A stretch of DNA of 64,000 nucleotides. Source: Promethearchaeia archaeon. Its GTDB lineage: Archaea; Asgardarchaeota; Lokiarchaeia; Sigyniarchaeales; SOKP01. Positions 49,968 to 60,037 of this stretch are shown piece by piece (position 1 is the stretch's first letter; each line of letters begins with the position of its first letter). The stretch is from contig JAHQWG010000016.1 of assembly GCA_029856045.1 (NCBI GenBank), positions 320,001 to 384,000 on the forward strand, read 5' to 3'. Position numbers and translations under genes: made by a program. A model generated the notes under the pieces. The model did no database searches. It saw only the letters and a program-made list of their open reading frames with translations, and was not told the origin of the DNA.

Positions 49968-50390
49968 TTATAAATCTTTAAAAAGCATTTCTTTTAGGTC
50001 TTTGGAAATTCCTTTTAGATTTCTTAAATCAATAGCAATAAAATTTAACATATCCAAAGGCGCTTTCTTTCTTTCCCAAACAATTCTAATCCAGTTCTCT
50101 ATCCATTCCAATTTTACATAGGGATCCTTTATCATCGATCTTAATGCCGTAATCTTCTTTACTACTGTTAAGGTATCTTCAAGCATGCATGCTACTGCCC
50201 ACATATTAATAATTGCTTCTAATTCAGAATCTATAGGAACTAAATTAAAAGCTTCTGCAAAGAATTTTTTTTTGTATTCTATAGATTCATTACTCATAAG
50301 AAGAGCTCGATCTAAATCCATTGCAATCTTATTATGTGGTGATTTTTTGAGCTTTTCAATAAGATTTTGAATTCTAAGGGATTTACTCAT
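49968..50390 (-). CDS. Hypothetical alpha-helical protein
   Basis: 140-aa ORF filling the gap; no motif recognised. Confidence 0.65.
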   Translation of the reverse strand: MSKSLRIQNLIEKLKKSPHNKIAMDLDRALLMSNESIEYKKKFFAEAFNLVPIDSELEAIINMWAVACMLEDTLTVVKKITALRSMIKDPYVKLEWIENWIRIVWERKKAPLDMLNFIAIDLRNLKGISKDLKEMLFKDL

Positions 50391-50579
50391 AAAATATTTA
50401 TAATGATATCGCTTTTTAATTTTTTTATGAAATAGATTCGCATCTATTAAATTTACATAATAAATTTAAAGTGAGTATTTAGAAAGTATTAAATTCTCTT
50501 TGGTTAATTCTCATTTACTTAAATTTATTATTACTAAATAAATTTGAGAACTCAAAAAAAAATTTGAAAGTGTATTACT

Positions 50580-51686
50580 ATGTCAGAAGAAAAACCTAAA
50601 GAAGGAGACTTAATGAAAAGAATTCTTGGGAGAGAGGAGCTAACCCACAAACGATATGAATGGCTTGATCAATTCAGGGGTTTGATTATAATTTTTTTGA
50701 TTATCTCAGTGATAACATGGGAACTCTCCGGAGATGCAATTGCGGGTGATATCATGGTTGGTCCACCACTACTTAACCATGGTTTTCAATACGCCAAATT
50801 TTATCCAGCGATTATAACAATTATCGATATTGGGCAACAGATATTCATGTTTTGTATGGGTTATGTAGCATATCTTGCATTTTCAGGTAGATTGGAAAAA
50901 AAAGGTGCAAAAGAAGCCTGGAAACATGGTATAATTCGAGTAGTAATTTTATATATTCTATCTTTCCTCGATGATGGACTTATTGGCGGAGACCTCTTAA
51001 ATGGGGGAACTACTTGGATAAAAAATGTATTCTGGAATGGAACTCTGGCAAATCTAGCAATCGGTACATTTGCTGCCTATTTAGCAGTATATTTAGTAAG
51101 AGATGCTGATAAGCGGTTATATGTTGGAATAGCGATGATGATTCTCCATTCTATACTATTTGCATTGCCTTTTTTTGAGCATTATGGACCATCTACTGGT
51201 GATGTTGTATTCCCCTTTATCTCATTGAATCATGCTTCAATTGCTATCATTGCAACATGTTTCTCACAATGGTATAAAATGGACCCTGATAATCCCCGTG
51301 TTGCTTTTAAAAAGAGAATATTACCTGGAGCTACCATTGCTATTGTTGCATTTTATTGTTTGGATTGGATTCAACCGGCTGAACATCACGATGTAACAAC
51401 ATCTCTTGCTTTACTTGCAATAGCTACTTCCGCTTTTATGATCACAGTTTTCTACAGTTTAGAGCAGCTTGATTTTAAGATACCGATTTTGAGTGAAATG
51501 GGGAAAAATATATTGTTAATTTTCATATTAACATTATTTGTGGGGCTATTTGTTGGTATTATTCCTAAAGATTTTCTAGTTGCTAATTCATTACTTGCTT
51601 TAATTCTAGTCGGAATATTGCCAATTGCTATATTAGCGGGAATTGCAGTTCTACTTGACAGAAAAAATATTAAAATTAAAATTTAA
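50580..51686 (+). CDS. Multi-TM acyltransferase-like protein (HGSNAT/DUF5009-like)
   Basis: RYEWLDQFRG..I, NH..., TIID....FMFCMG; about 10 TM segments. Confidence 0.7.
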   Translation: MSEEKPKEGDLMKRILGREELTHKRYEWLDQFRGLIIIFLIISVITWELSGDAIAGDIMVGPPLLNHGFQYAKFYPAIITIIDIGQQIFMFCMGYVAYLAFSGRLEKKGAKEAWKHGIIRVVILYILSFLDDGLIGGDLLNGGTTWIKNVFWNGTLANLAIGTFAAYLAVYLVRDADKRLYVGIAMMILHSILFALPFFEHYGPSTGDVVFPFISLNHASIAIIATCFSQWYKMDPDNPRVAFKKRILPGATIAIVAFYCLDWIQPAEHHDVTTSLALLAIATSAFMITVFYSLEQLDFKIPILSEMGKNILLIFILTLFVGLFVGIIPKDFLVANSLLALILVGILPIAILAGIAVLLDRKNIKIKI

Positions 51687-51798
51687 ATTTATTTTTTTTC
51701 TTTCCTTTATTCCTTAGTAAAAAATCTGTTTAGGAAAAAAATAAACATAATAATATATTTATTATAAAATAATATTTAAAATAAAATTTAAAATAAAA

Positions 51799-51860
51799 TA
51801 ATCCGGTCGTGGCGCAACGAAGTGCTGGACTCCCACTGCTGAAATGTCGCAACCAGATTA
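51799..51860. ncRNA. Candidate structured RNA or leader upstream of srp54
   Basis: GC-rich island in a very AT-rich spacer; about 16-position imperfect stem 51799-51814/51845-51860 with an internal GA/GA motif. Confidence 0.4.
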
Positions 51861-51888
51861 AAGAATAGTTTAATTTATGCGATAAGAT

Positions 51889-53256
51889 ATGGTACTAGAG
51901 GCTCTTGGAAAATCTTTAGATAGTGCGATAAGGAAGATTCGTCGACTCCCTAAGGTCGATAAGGATGCAATCGATGCTTTAATTCAAGAGCTGCAAAGGG
52001 CTTTACTTTCTTCTGATGTAAAAGTGGAAATTGTTTTCGAAGCTACAGAAAATATCAAAAAGGAAGCACTGAACACGAAGTTAAGTAGTTCTATAAGGAG
52101 AAGGGATTTCATAATTAAAATAATACACGATGAGTTGGTTAAGATTCTTGGAGGGAAATCAACTCCTATACTGATTAAACCCAATAAGCTAAATATAATT
52201 CTCATGGTTGGTATTCAGGGAAGTGGAAAAACCACCACAGTAGGCAAACTAGCAAATTATTATAAAAGTAAGGGTTATACAATAGGCGTAGTTTGCGGAG
52301 ATAATTTCCGCCCTGGAGCATTTGAACAACTAGAACAGTTATGTAATCCAATAAATGTAAAGGTTTATGGAAATCCAATTGAAAAAAACCCAATAAAACT
52401 CGTTCTAAGACAAACCAAACAAGCCTTAAAGGAGAATTACAATATAATAATTGTTGATACAGCAGGACGTCATAAAGAAGAAAAAGAATTGATGAAGGAG
52501 ATTGAAAATATTGAAAAATTAGTTAAACCAGATGAAGTTATTTTAGTTATTGATGGAACACTTGGACAACAAGCATATAATCAAGCTTTGGAATTTTCTA
52601 AGGCAACTCGAGTAGGTTCTATAATAGTCACAAAATTAGATGGAACTGCAAAAGGTGGTGGAGCATTGTCGGCAGTTGCTGCAACAAACGCTCCAATAAA
52701 ATTTATTGGAATAGGAGAAAAAATTGATCAATTTGAACTATTTGAGCCAACTAGATTTGTCGGGACACTACTTGGAATACCTGATTTAGAGGGTTTAGTT
52801 CAAAAAGTTCAAGATGCAATGGCTGAACCAGATCCAGAAATGGTTAAGCGAATGATGCGAGGGAAATTTACATTAGAAGATCTTTATATCCAGCTAAAAG
52901 CGATAAAAAAGATGGGTAGATTCGGGAAACTCTTAGGAATGATGGGTATAGGCAATATTCCTGATGAGGCAAAGGACATGGCCGAACAAAATTTAGATCA
53001 ATGGGAAGTTGTTTTAAATTCAATGACAAAGGATGAAAAAGAAAATCCTAAAATCATAAAAAAATCCAGAAAACGTAGAATTGCAATTGGGAGTGGTACA
53101 TCATACACTACAATTAATAAAATGCTAGATCAATATAATCAAATGAAATCAATGATGAAAAAGTTTATGAAACTTAGAAAAAAGGCTAAGAAAGGTCGAG
53201 GTGGGTTTCCAGGATTGCCTCCTGGTTTTGAAATGCCTAAGGATTTTAAATTTTAA
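51889..53256 (+). CDS. srp54: Signal recognition particle protein SRP54
   Basis: GIQGSGKTTT, DTAGRH, TKLDGTAKGGG, Met-rich M domain with RIAIGSG. Confidence 0.97.
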   Translation: MVLEALGKSLDSAIRKIRRLPKVDKDAIDALIQELQRALLSSDVKVEIVFEATENIKKEALNTKLSSSIRRRDFIIKIIHDELVKILGGKSTPILIKPNKLNIILMVGIQGSGKTTTVGKLANYYKSKGYTIGVVCGDNFRPGAFEQLEQLCNPINVKVYGNPIEKNPIKLVLRQTKQALKENYNIIIVDTAGRHKEEKELMKEIENIEKLVKPDEVILVIDGTLGQQAYNQALEFSKATRVGSIIVTKLDGTAKGGGALSAVAATNAPIKFIGIGEKIDQFELFEPTRFVGTLLGIPDLEGLVQKVQDAMAEPDPEMVKRMMRGKFTLEDLYIQLKAIKKMGRFGKLLGMMGIGNIPDEAKDMAEQNLDQWEVVLNSMTKDEKENPKIIKKSRKRRIAIGSGTSYTTINKMLDQYNQMKSMMKKFMKLRKKAKKGRGGFPGLPPGFEMPKDFKF

Positions 53257-53416
53257 TTTTTTAAAAAAATTTAAAAATTTTTTGTATGTTTTTAAAGTAC
53301 AAAATTTGATAAAAATCGAATTATTTTAATAATTCTAACTAATTTTCTATTTAAGACATAAGATTTTCTATTTGGGATTGGAAATAGAAATAATTTTGAT
53401 TGGGTTTTTAATTTGA

Positions 53417-53749
53417 ATGATTAATATAGATAGTGGTGTTTCAGAGAAAGAAATTTATTATAAAATAATTGATTTTTTTTTCCTATATCATAATAATAGT
53501 AATAAAGATTTAGATTTTTTAAAAGATCTAAGCATTATAGAAGTATTTAATTTTTTACGCAGCTCTAATTCTTCATTTAGTACTGAACAGAAGGATAAAA
53601 TAATGCAAAATGCAATAATTATTTTTTTAGCACTTTTTAATGATGCTCCTCCAGATCGTTTTCATTCCTTGGGTAAAGAATTAGATACATTATCAATAAA
53701 CGAGAAAAATCTAATTTTTTCTTTAATTTCAAATGTTTTCAATAAATAA
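53417..53749 (+). CDS. Hypothetical protein
   Basis: 110-aa ORF, no motif recognised. Confidence 0.55.
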   Translation: MINIDSGVSEKEIYYKIIDFFFLYHNNSNKDLDFLKDLSIIEVFNFLRSSNSSFSTEQKDKIMQNAIIIFLALFNDAPPDRFHSLGKELDTLSINEKNLIFSLISNVFNK

Positions 53750-53855
53750 ACGTAAATTTTTCATCATTTCTCACTATCATAAAATCCAAATAACTAAATG
53801 TAAAAATGGGAATAAAAAAAAATAATAATCGATAATTCATAATTAAAATCTTAAC

Positions 53856-54506
53856 TTGCCGAATTTTTTAATTATTACCAAAAATATTCCAGACTATTCA
53901 AAGCATGATATAGATCTTGGAAATACTCCTAAAATTGTTATCCAACTTTGCTTATGCTTAAAAGAAGCATTTTTCTTAGCGTATAAAATTAGAAAGTACA
54001 TAAATTTTTATATTTATATTGAAGAGAGTGAAATTTTAATTAAATTTGAAGGAAAAACTTTAAAATACCTTGGTCCAGATGAGCGGTCTCAATCTCTTCT
54101 TTTAGAAAAGGCATTAAAAATGAGTTATTACAAAAAAACTATTTCTCCTATGATGTTCATAAAATCTACGCCTGGTATCTTTATTAAGAAGGTTAGATTT
54201 AAAGAATTTATCGAAAGTCAAGAAAACTCACAAAATATATATGTTCTAAATTCATTTCAGGAAGAGCAACTAAAAGATATCGAAGTATTATTTAATACGG
54301 CAAAGATTGAAGATAATAGAAATTCAATTTTTATATGTTTTTTAAATTATGATCCAAGAAAATTTAATTATTATTTACCCTATTTAATATGTTTAACAAA
54401 AATCAATATTTTAGAAGGATTAAATAAAAAAATTGAAAACTTACCTTGTTGGGATAAAATTTTATATATTAACCATTATTTCGATAAAATAAACTATGAT
54501 ACTTAA
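53856..54506 (+). CDS. Divergent TrmY-like SPOUT-family protein
   Basis: AFFLAYKIRK, LKYLGPDERS, STPGIF match the TrmY N-half; C-terminal motif degenerate. Confidence 0.65.
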   Translation: MPNFLIITKNIPDYSKHDIDLGNTPKIVIQLCLCLKEAFFLAYKIRKYINFYIYIEESEILIKFEGKTLKYLGPDERSQSLLLEKALKMSYYKKTISPMMFIKSTPGIFIKKVRFKEFIESQENSQNIYVLNSFQEEQLKDIEVLFNTAKIEDNRNSIFICFLNYDPRKFNYYLPYLICLTKINILEGLNKKIENLPCWDKILYINHYFDKINYDT

Positions 54507-55902
54507 AAATGCGAGAATATATTCAGATGAAGAATTGAAGCTGGGCTCCATTTATATTTCAGATGGGAAATTCAAGAAAATAATTTTCCATAGCCAAGAA
54601 AATGATGCCCATTTTGAAGATATAACAGATAATGATATTATTGATTGTAAAAAGAAAATATTATTACCTGGCATAATAGATGTTCATTCGCATCTTAGAG
54701 ACCTAGGTCAATCTGAGAAAGAAACTTTTATTACGGGAACTAGAGCAGCGGCTGCGTCAGGAATTACAACTGCATTTGATATGCCAAATACAATCCCTCC
54801 AGCAATCACTTCTCATGATGTAGAAAAATGGATGGATGCGGCAAGAAATAATATTTTTATTGATATAGGCTTTATTGCAGGGGTTCCTGAAAAAATAAAT
54901 CAAGAAGAATTTGAAAAAATTATAAATTTGGGCGTAATGGGTTTTAAGATATATCCTCATTCACCTCTTTCCAAAATCGATTGGATAAATCCTAAAAATA
55001 TTGAACAAATGTTGTATCTTACCTCAAAATATAATATTCCATTATTCATTCACCCTCAAATGCCAATAAAAAATTCAGAGGTCAATGGAAAATTTGAAAA
55101 TGGCATAATTCAAAAAAGAGCGCCTTTGAAACTTTTTAATGAGATTTATTCAGGCGATATTGAAAAGAATTTTATTGACTATTTTCAAAAACATTATGAA
55201 CGTTTTATTATTAACAATAAAAACATTTCTGTGTATCCCCATATCCATTTTTGTCATGTGAGTTCAAAAGAGGCTTTATATATCCTTCTTAATGCAAGAT
55301 TTGAAGTGAGTTTATTAAATTTTTCTTTTGAAGTTACACCTCATCACCTCCTTCTTAATAACGATATGAAATTTGAGAAAGATAGTTATGCAAAAGTTTT
55401 ACCTCCTCTTAGAGATGAGCTTGATAGAAATTACATTTATCAAAATTTAGAAAATGGAAATATTGATTTGATTGGAACAGATCATGCTCCTCATACTATT
55501 GAAGAAAAATCGAGACCCTTTATTGAAGCTCCATCTGGTTTTCCGGGTTTTGAAACATATCCTCTTCTATTATTAGAAAAAGTACTTAATTCTGATTTAC
55601 AATTGAAAACTTTTATTAAGTGTTCTTCTGAAATGCCAGCTAAATTATTCGGTTTGAAATATAAAGGTTTTATTAAAGAAGGACTTGATGCTGATTTTTA
55701 TCTGGTGGAAAAAGTAGATCCTTATACAATTGATCCTGAAAAATTTTACAGTAATGCAAAATTTTCTCCATTCAAAGGGTTCAAAACTACAGTTAAAATC
55801 TCCGGAGTATATCTAAGAGGTCAAGAAATATATGATGGAGAAAATGTTTTGAGTAATAAAAGAGGTCAAATTATTCATAAAAGAAATAATATTAAATACT
55901 AA
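54496..55902 (+). CDS. pyrC: Dihydroorotase (amidohydrolase family)
   Basis: PGIIDVHSHLRD, DMPNT, GFKIY, HFCHVS, EVTPHHL, PPLR, TDHAPH. Confidence 0.88.
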   Translation: MILKNARIYSDEELKLGSIYISDGKFKKIIFHSQENDAHFEDITDNDIIDCKKKILLPGIIDVHSHLRDLGQSEKETFITGTRAAAASGITTAFDMPNTIPPAITSHDVEKWMDAARNNIFIDIGFIAGVPEKINQEEFEKIINLGVMGFKIYPHSPLSKIDWINPKNIEQMLYLTSKYNIPLFIHPQMPIKNSEVNGKFENGIIQKRAPLKLFNEIYSGDIEKNFIDYFQKHYERFIINNKNISVYPHIHFCHVSSKEALYILLNARFEVSLLNFSFEVTPHHLLLNNDMKFEKDSYAKVLPPLRDELDRNYIYQNLENGNIDLIGTDHAPHTIEEKSRPFIEAPSGFPGFETYPLLLLEKVLNSDLQLKTFIKCSSEMPAKLFGLKYKGFIKEGLDADFYLVEKVDPYTIDPEKFYSNAKFSPFKGFKTTVKISGVYLRGQEIYDGENVLSNKRGQIIHKRNNIKY

Positions 55903-55919
55903 GTAGTATAAAAGTTAAA

Positions 55920-56555
55920 ATGGTAAAAATGGTCCAAGAAAAAATAACTGTTGAAGATGGAATTACTTTAATTAAATTTGCTCGAGAAAATATTGAAACA
56001 TATTTAAGAACTTCTAAAAAAATTATTCCAGATGAAAGCATTGAAAAAAAATATTCCGGGAAATATGGTGTCTTTGTTACTCTGAATAAATTGGAGGCTA
56101 ATGAAAAAAGGCTTAGGGGTTGTATTGGGTATCCCGAGCCTATTTTTCCACTTATAAAAGCAATTCACGATGTTTCGATTTCTTCGGCAATTGAAGATCC
56201 CCGTTTTCCCAATGTTACTCTCGAAGAAATGGGTAACATCGTAATAGAATTAACTGTATTAACTCCTCCCGAATTGATAGAAGTTAATGAACCTAATGAA
56301 TACTTGGAAAAAATTAAAATAGGAAGAGATGGTTTGATTGTTGAGCATGGAATGCGAAGAGGATTGCTTTTACCCCAAGTTCCCGTAGATGATGGAAGAA
56401 ATTGGGATGTAAAAACATTTCTTGAACATACCTGTATGAAAGCATGGCTTCCAACGGATTCTTGGAAAAATAAAGATACTAAAATTTACAAATTTGAGGG
56501 AATTATTTTTGAAGAACTCACTCCTCGAGGTAAAATCATTTTAAAAGTAATTTAA
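55920..56555 (+). CDS. AMMECR1-domain protein
   Basis: GVFVTL, LRGCIG, DPRF, GLLLPQV. Confidence 0.95.
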   Translation: MVKMVQEKITVEDGITLIKFARENIETYLRTSKKIIPDESIEKKYSGKYGVFVTLNKLEANEKRLRGCIGYPEPIFPLIKAIHDVSISSAIEDPRFPNVTLEEMGNIVIELTVLTPPELIEVNEPNEYLEKIKIGRDGLIVEHGMRRGLLLPQVPVDDGRNWDVKTFLEHTCMKAWLPTDSWKNKDTKIYKFEGIIFEELTPRGKIILKVI

Positions 56556-56929
56556 TCTTTTTTAATTACAATATCATTAATTCCTAACCACTTTTTGGCT
56601 TCATCAAGAGTCGTAACAATCTTCCTTTTCGGAGATGCCGCCTTTTCTAATAAATATTGAAATTCAACATCTAAAGGTGGATTATCAGTAATAACAAAGG
56701 CTGATTTTTCCAATCTTTTATTATTTTCTTTTAATAAATCTAAAATAATATTTATTGAATTACCATCCAATAAATTGGCGTCACTAATATCTACAAGAAA
56801 ACGGAACTTTTTCAATCTTTTTGTTTGCTCTTTAAAATCATTTACAAATCTTTTAGCTTCAACAGGTGGAAATTTCCCAATTGTTTTTAGATAAAAACAA
56901 TTTTCACTCATTTTCTCCAATTGATACAA
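56552..56929 (-). CDS. STAS/SpoIIAA-like small protein
   Basis: FLVDISDA, KSAFV, EAKKWL terminal helix. Confidence 0.65.
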   Translation of the reverse strand: MYQLEKMSENCFYLKTIGKFPPVEAKRFVNDFKEQTKRLKKFRFLVDISDANLLDGNSINIILDLLKENNKRLEKSAFVITDNPPLDVEFQYLLEKAASPKRKIVTTLDEAKKWLGINDIVIKKD

Positions 56930-56976
56930 AAATAATCACCTATTATTTTTATTAGTATAATCATTTTTATATAATT

Positions 56977-57369
56977 ATGCCAATCATTTCACTTCAGTTA
57001 GACGAAGATTTATTGGATCGTTTTAATAAGGTTAAAAATAAGCGTGGATATACATCAAAGAGTAAGGCTATAAGAGATTCCATTATTGAATTTATTGATA
57101 ACTATGAAAAATTTGACGATCTAAAGGGGTATAAGATGATGACCATAAATCTTATTTATCCAATAGAAGTTGGATTATTATCTGAGGTATCTGAGATATG
57201 CGATAAATACAGAAGTTTAATTAAAACAATGATGGATTGGAGGATAGCTTCAAAAAAAATTGAAATCATCTTAACTGTCGGAGAAGTTGATACAATTAAA
57301 GATTTTTATAATGAACTTATAAGAATTAAAGATATAACCTCAACAATACATGAAATAATAATTGAATAA
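56977..57369 (+). CDS. NikR-like ribbon-helix-helix plus ACT regulator lacking Ni ligands
   Basis: IISLQLDEDLL...RGYTSKSKAIRD N-terminus; ACT-like C-terminus without the His cluster. Confidence 0.8.
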   Translation: MPIISLQLDEDLLDRFNKVKNKRGYTSKSKAIRDSIIEFIDNYEKFDDLKGYKMMTINLIYPIEVGLLSEVSEICDKYRSLIKTMMDWRIASKKIEIILTVGEVDTIKDFYNELIRIKDITSTIHEIIIE

Positions 57370-57373
57370 TCTT

Positions 57374-58225
57374 TTAAATAAACTTTAAAGAGAAATCTAC
57401 GTGTTTATGAGGAAACTGAGTTAAAGCTCCTAAACTTATTATATCCACTCCAGTTTTGACGTAATCTTCAATATTTTCCTTATTGATCGACCCAGAAGCT
57501 TCTAATAAAACCTTCTTTCTTAAACCCTCCATTTCTAATGCTTTTATCGCTTCTTCAATCTCTGCTGGTTTCATGTTATCTAACATTATAATATCTGCTC
57601 CATTTTTTGCAGCAATTAAAATATCTTCAATGTTTTCTACTTCAATTTCAATCTTTTTGGTAAAACTTGCTAATTCACGAGCTTTTTTAAGAATTTTCTT
57701 AATATCACCTGAAAAATATTTTAGATGAGTATCTTTAATCAAAATCATATCATCAAGATTCCAGCGATGAGTCTCCCCTCCTCCTAATTTTACAGCCCTC
57801 TTTTCAAAAATTCTAAAATATGGAGTCGTTTTTCTAGTACAAGCAATTCTTATATGTTTATTTATTTTCTTGGTTATATTAACAAGATCTCTTGTTGATG
57901 ATGTGATAGCACTCATGCGTGTTAAAAGATTTAATGACGTTCTTTCACCAAATAAAACATCATGAACATTTCCAGACAATTCACAAATTATATCATTCTC
58001 AACAACTTTATCTCCATCTTTTTTAAATGTTGTAATTTTAACATTTAAAAATTCAAATAAAATCTCAATCTCTTTTAATCCCGATATATATCCTAAACTT
58101 TTAGCAATAATTTTGGCTTTAATTTCCTTATCATCTGGAATCATTTCTGAAGAAATATCTTGAAATAAGCAATCTTCTTCTAGAAATTCTTGAATTTTTT
58201 TTCTAATTATTATTTTGTTCATCAT
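57374..58225 (-). CDS. nadC: Quinolinate phosphoribosyltransferase
   Basis: ER..LN, TRKTTP, HR..L.D..LIKD.H, EIEV, IMLDN, EASG. Confidence 0.96.
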   Translation of the reverse strand: MMNKIIIRKKIQEFLEEDCLFQDISSEMIPDDKEIKAKIIAKSLGYISGLKEIEILFEFLNVKITTFKKDGDKVVENDIICELSGNVHDVLFGERTSLNLLTRMSAITSSTRDLVNITKKINKHIRIACTRKTTPYFRIFEKRAVKLGGGETHRWNLDDMILIKDTHLKYFSGDIKKILKKARELASFTKKIEIEVENIEDILIAAKNGADIIMLDNMKPAEIEEAIKALEMEGLRKKVLLEASGSINKENIEDYVKTGVDIISLGALTQFPHKHVDFSLKFI

Positions 58226-58300
58226 AATTCCACATATAGAATCTTATTGTAGATTTGTTAATCACTAATCTTTTAAAAACATTCAGAGATATTTTAGTTT

Positions 58301-58957
58301 ATGCTTAAAGAAATAAAAATTCCTGTACCTAATACAAATATTAATCTTGAGACTGAATTTTTTAACCCAGATAATGATAAAGTAAATATATGCGTTCTTC
58401 TAGCTCATCCCCACAGCTTATATGGAGGAAACATGTCAAACAATGTTATATCTTCTCTTTTTTCCACATTTTCTAATGAAAATATTCCAACTTTAAGATT
58501 CAATTTTAGAGGAGTGGGAAAATCTACAGGATCTTATGGTCAAGATATAGGAGAGCAAGAAGACATTAGAACATGTATAAAATTTTTAATTGAAAAAGAA
58601 GAATTTGAAAAAATCTTCATTGTTGGGTATTCTTATGGGGCTGCAATTGGATGTTCACAAGTTAATACTTTTAAAAATATTATGGGATATGTTGCCATTG
58701 CATTTCCGTTTGATTTATTTATTATGTTCAAAAATTTAGCTCAAACTTCTAAACCGAAGTTATTCATTCAAGGTAATATGGATAATATCGCAAATTTTCG
58801 CAATTTTTTAAAACACTTTAAGGATATGAAACCACCTAAGGAATATAAAATAATAAATAATGCAGACCACTTTTTCTGGGGATTTGAAAACCAAGTATCC
58901 AAATTTGCATTTGATTTTGTAAAGAAAATAGAGAATATAAGAAAAAGAATAATATAA
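58301..58957 (+). CDS. Alpha/beta hydrolase
   Basis: HPH.LYGG.M.N.V, RFNFRGVG.S, GYSYG nucleophile elbow, D, ADHFF. Confidence 0.92.
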   Translation: MLKEIKIPVPNTNINLETEFFNPDNDKVNICVLLAHPHSLYGGNMSNNVISSLFSTFSNENIPTLRFNFRGVGKSTGSYGQDIGEQEDIRTCIKFLIEKEEFEKIFIVGYSYGAAIGCSQVNTFKNIMGYVAIAFPFDLFIMFKNLAQTSKPKLFIQGNMDNIANFRNFLKHFKDMKPPKEYKIINNADHFFWGFENQVSKFAFDFVKKIENIRKRII

Positions 58958-58969
58958 ATTTGAAGATAA

Positions 58970-59386
58970 TTAAATACTTGCAAGACTTTTTAATTCTGGT
59001 AGGGCGTTTTCTTCTGCCCAGTCAAGTAATTGGTCATAATATTTCTCAATCTCTTGAGATTCGGGAACGGGCGCAAGAACTGCTAAAATAAATAGTGTTT
59101 TTTCTATTTCAATATTACGACAGATTATTAAAAATTCCTTAAAAAGAACTTTAATTGATTCCAACTCGGAATTGAGTGATAATTCTTCCCCTACTTTACT
59201 TGCAGTATCACTAAGAAGACTTCCCATGGCTGCAACAACAGCTTCATCTACATCGGGTTCTCTCTGAGATGCGAGGACTAAACCCGCTGATGTGCTAAAT
59301 AAAGAAGCTCTAAATCCAGCATTTTCATTTAATTCTTTTAATATAAGATCTAAACGACCCGGAATTTCTAAAACCTCTATTCTCAT
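58970..59386 (-). CDS. Roadblock/LC7 (LAMTOR/MglB-like) domain protein, eukaryotic signature
   Basis: L..L....G..AS.....GLVLAS......E.VVAAMGS.L...A......L pattern. Confidence 0.8.
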   Translation of the reverse strand: MRIEVLEIPGRLDLILKELNENAGFRASLFSTSAGLVLASQREPDVDEAVVAAMGSLLSDTASKVGEELSLNSELESIKVLFKEFLIICRNIEIEKTLFILAVLAPVPESQEIEKYYDQLLDWAEENALPELKSLASI

Positions 59387-59466
59387 TTAATTTGTTAAAA
59401 TTTTTACGATATTAATTATATGTATTTAACAATTATATAAGTTTTTATATACTTATTGTGTAAATT

Positions 59467-60000
59467 CTATTTTTTTTTCTTAAAAGGTAATGAAATTAAA
59501 TAGGCAGATGCTAACCCATTTTCAATATTTAAAATAATTAGTGTTGGTTTAGCGACTGGTTCTTGAAATCCTGGTTTTTTTGGTGGTGCTCGAGGATAAG
59601 CAATAGAACCAGGATTTAATATCATGCATTTTGATTCCAACCCTTTAATGGAAGGAATATGAGTATGTCCGGTTATTAATATATTAAGATTCCTACTTTC
59701 AATATATTGATCTAATTCATTTATAGGGATCTCATGAATTATCCCAATCCTTTGTCCTTCAACCTCGAGCAATTTTTCCTTGGGTAATTCTTTAATTTTA
59801 TCCATATTACTTGCTACACAATGAACTGGGGCAATCTCTTTTAATCGCTCTAAAAATAATTCAGTAACTACATCTCCTGCGTGAATAATCACATCCACGT
59901 TTGATAAATATCTTCCCAATACATTAATAAAATTATCAATTTTTTTAGGATCCCATGTTTCTTCTACATGCGTATCAGAGATTATTCCAAATTTTACCAA
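59467..60000 (-). CDS. YfcE/MJ0936/Vps29-family metallophosphoesterase
   Basis: ISDTH, IHAGD, SNMD, IH, TGHTH, LNPGS. Confidence 0.9.
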   Translation of the reverse strand: MVKFGIISDTHVEETWDPKKIDNFINVLGRYLSNVDVIIHAGDVVTELFLERLKEIAPVHCVASNMDKIKELPKEKLLEVEGQRIGIIHEIPINELDQYIESRNLNILITGHTHIPSIKGLESKCMILNPGSIAYPRAPPKKPGFQEPVAKPTLIILNIENGLASAYLISLPFKKKK

Positions 60001-60037
60001 AATTAACCATTTTTTTTTGAACTATTCCTTTTTTATC

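Noticed and set aside
50560-51860. Hairpin at 51.8 kb as a SECIS for a selenoprotein
   Set aside because: The upstream gene has no internal TGA and ends in TAA. The TGA five codons before its ATG lies in AT-rich non-coding sequence, and the core reads ACGA rather than AUGA.
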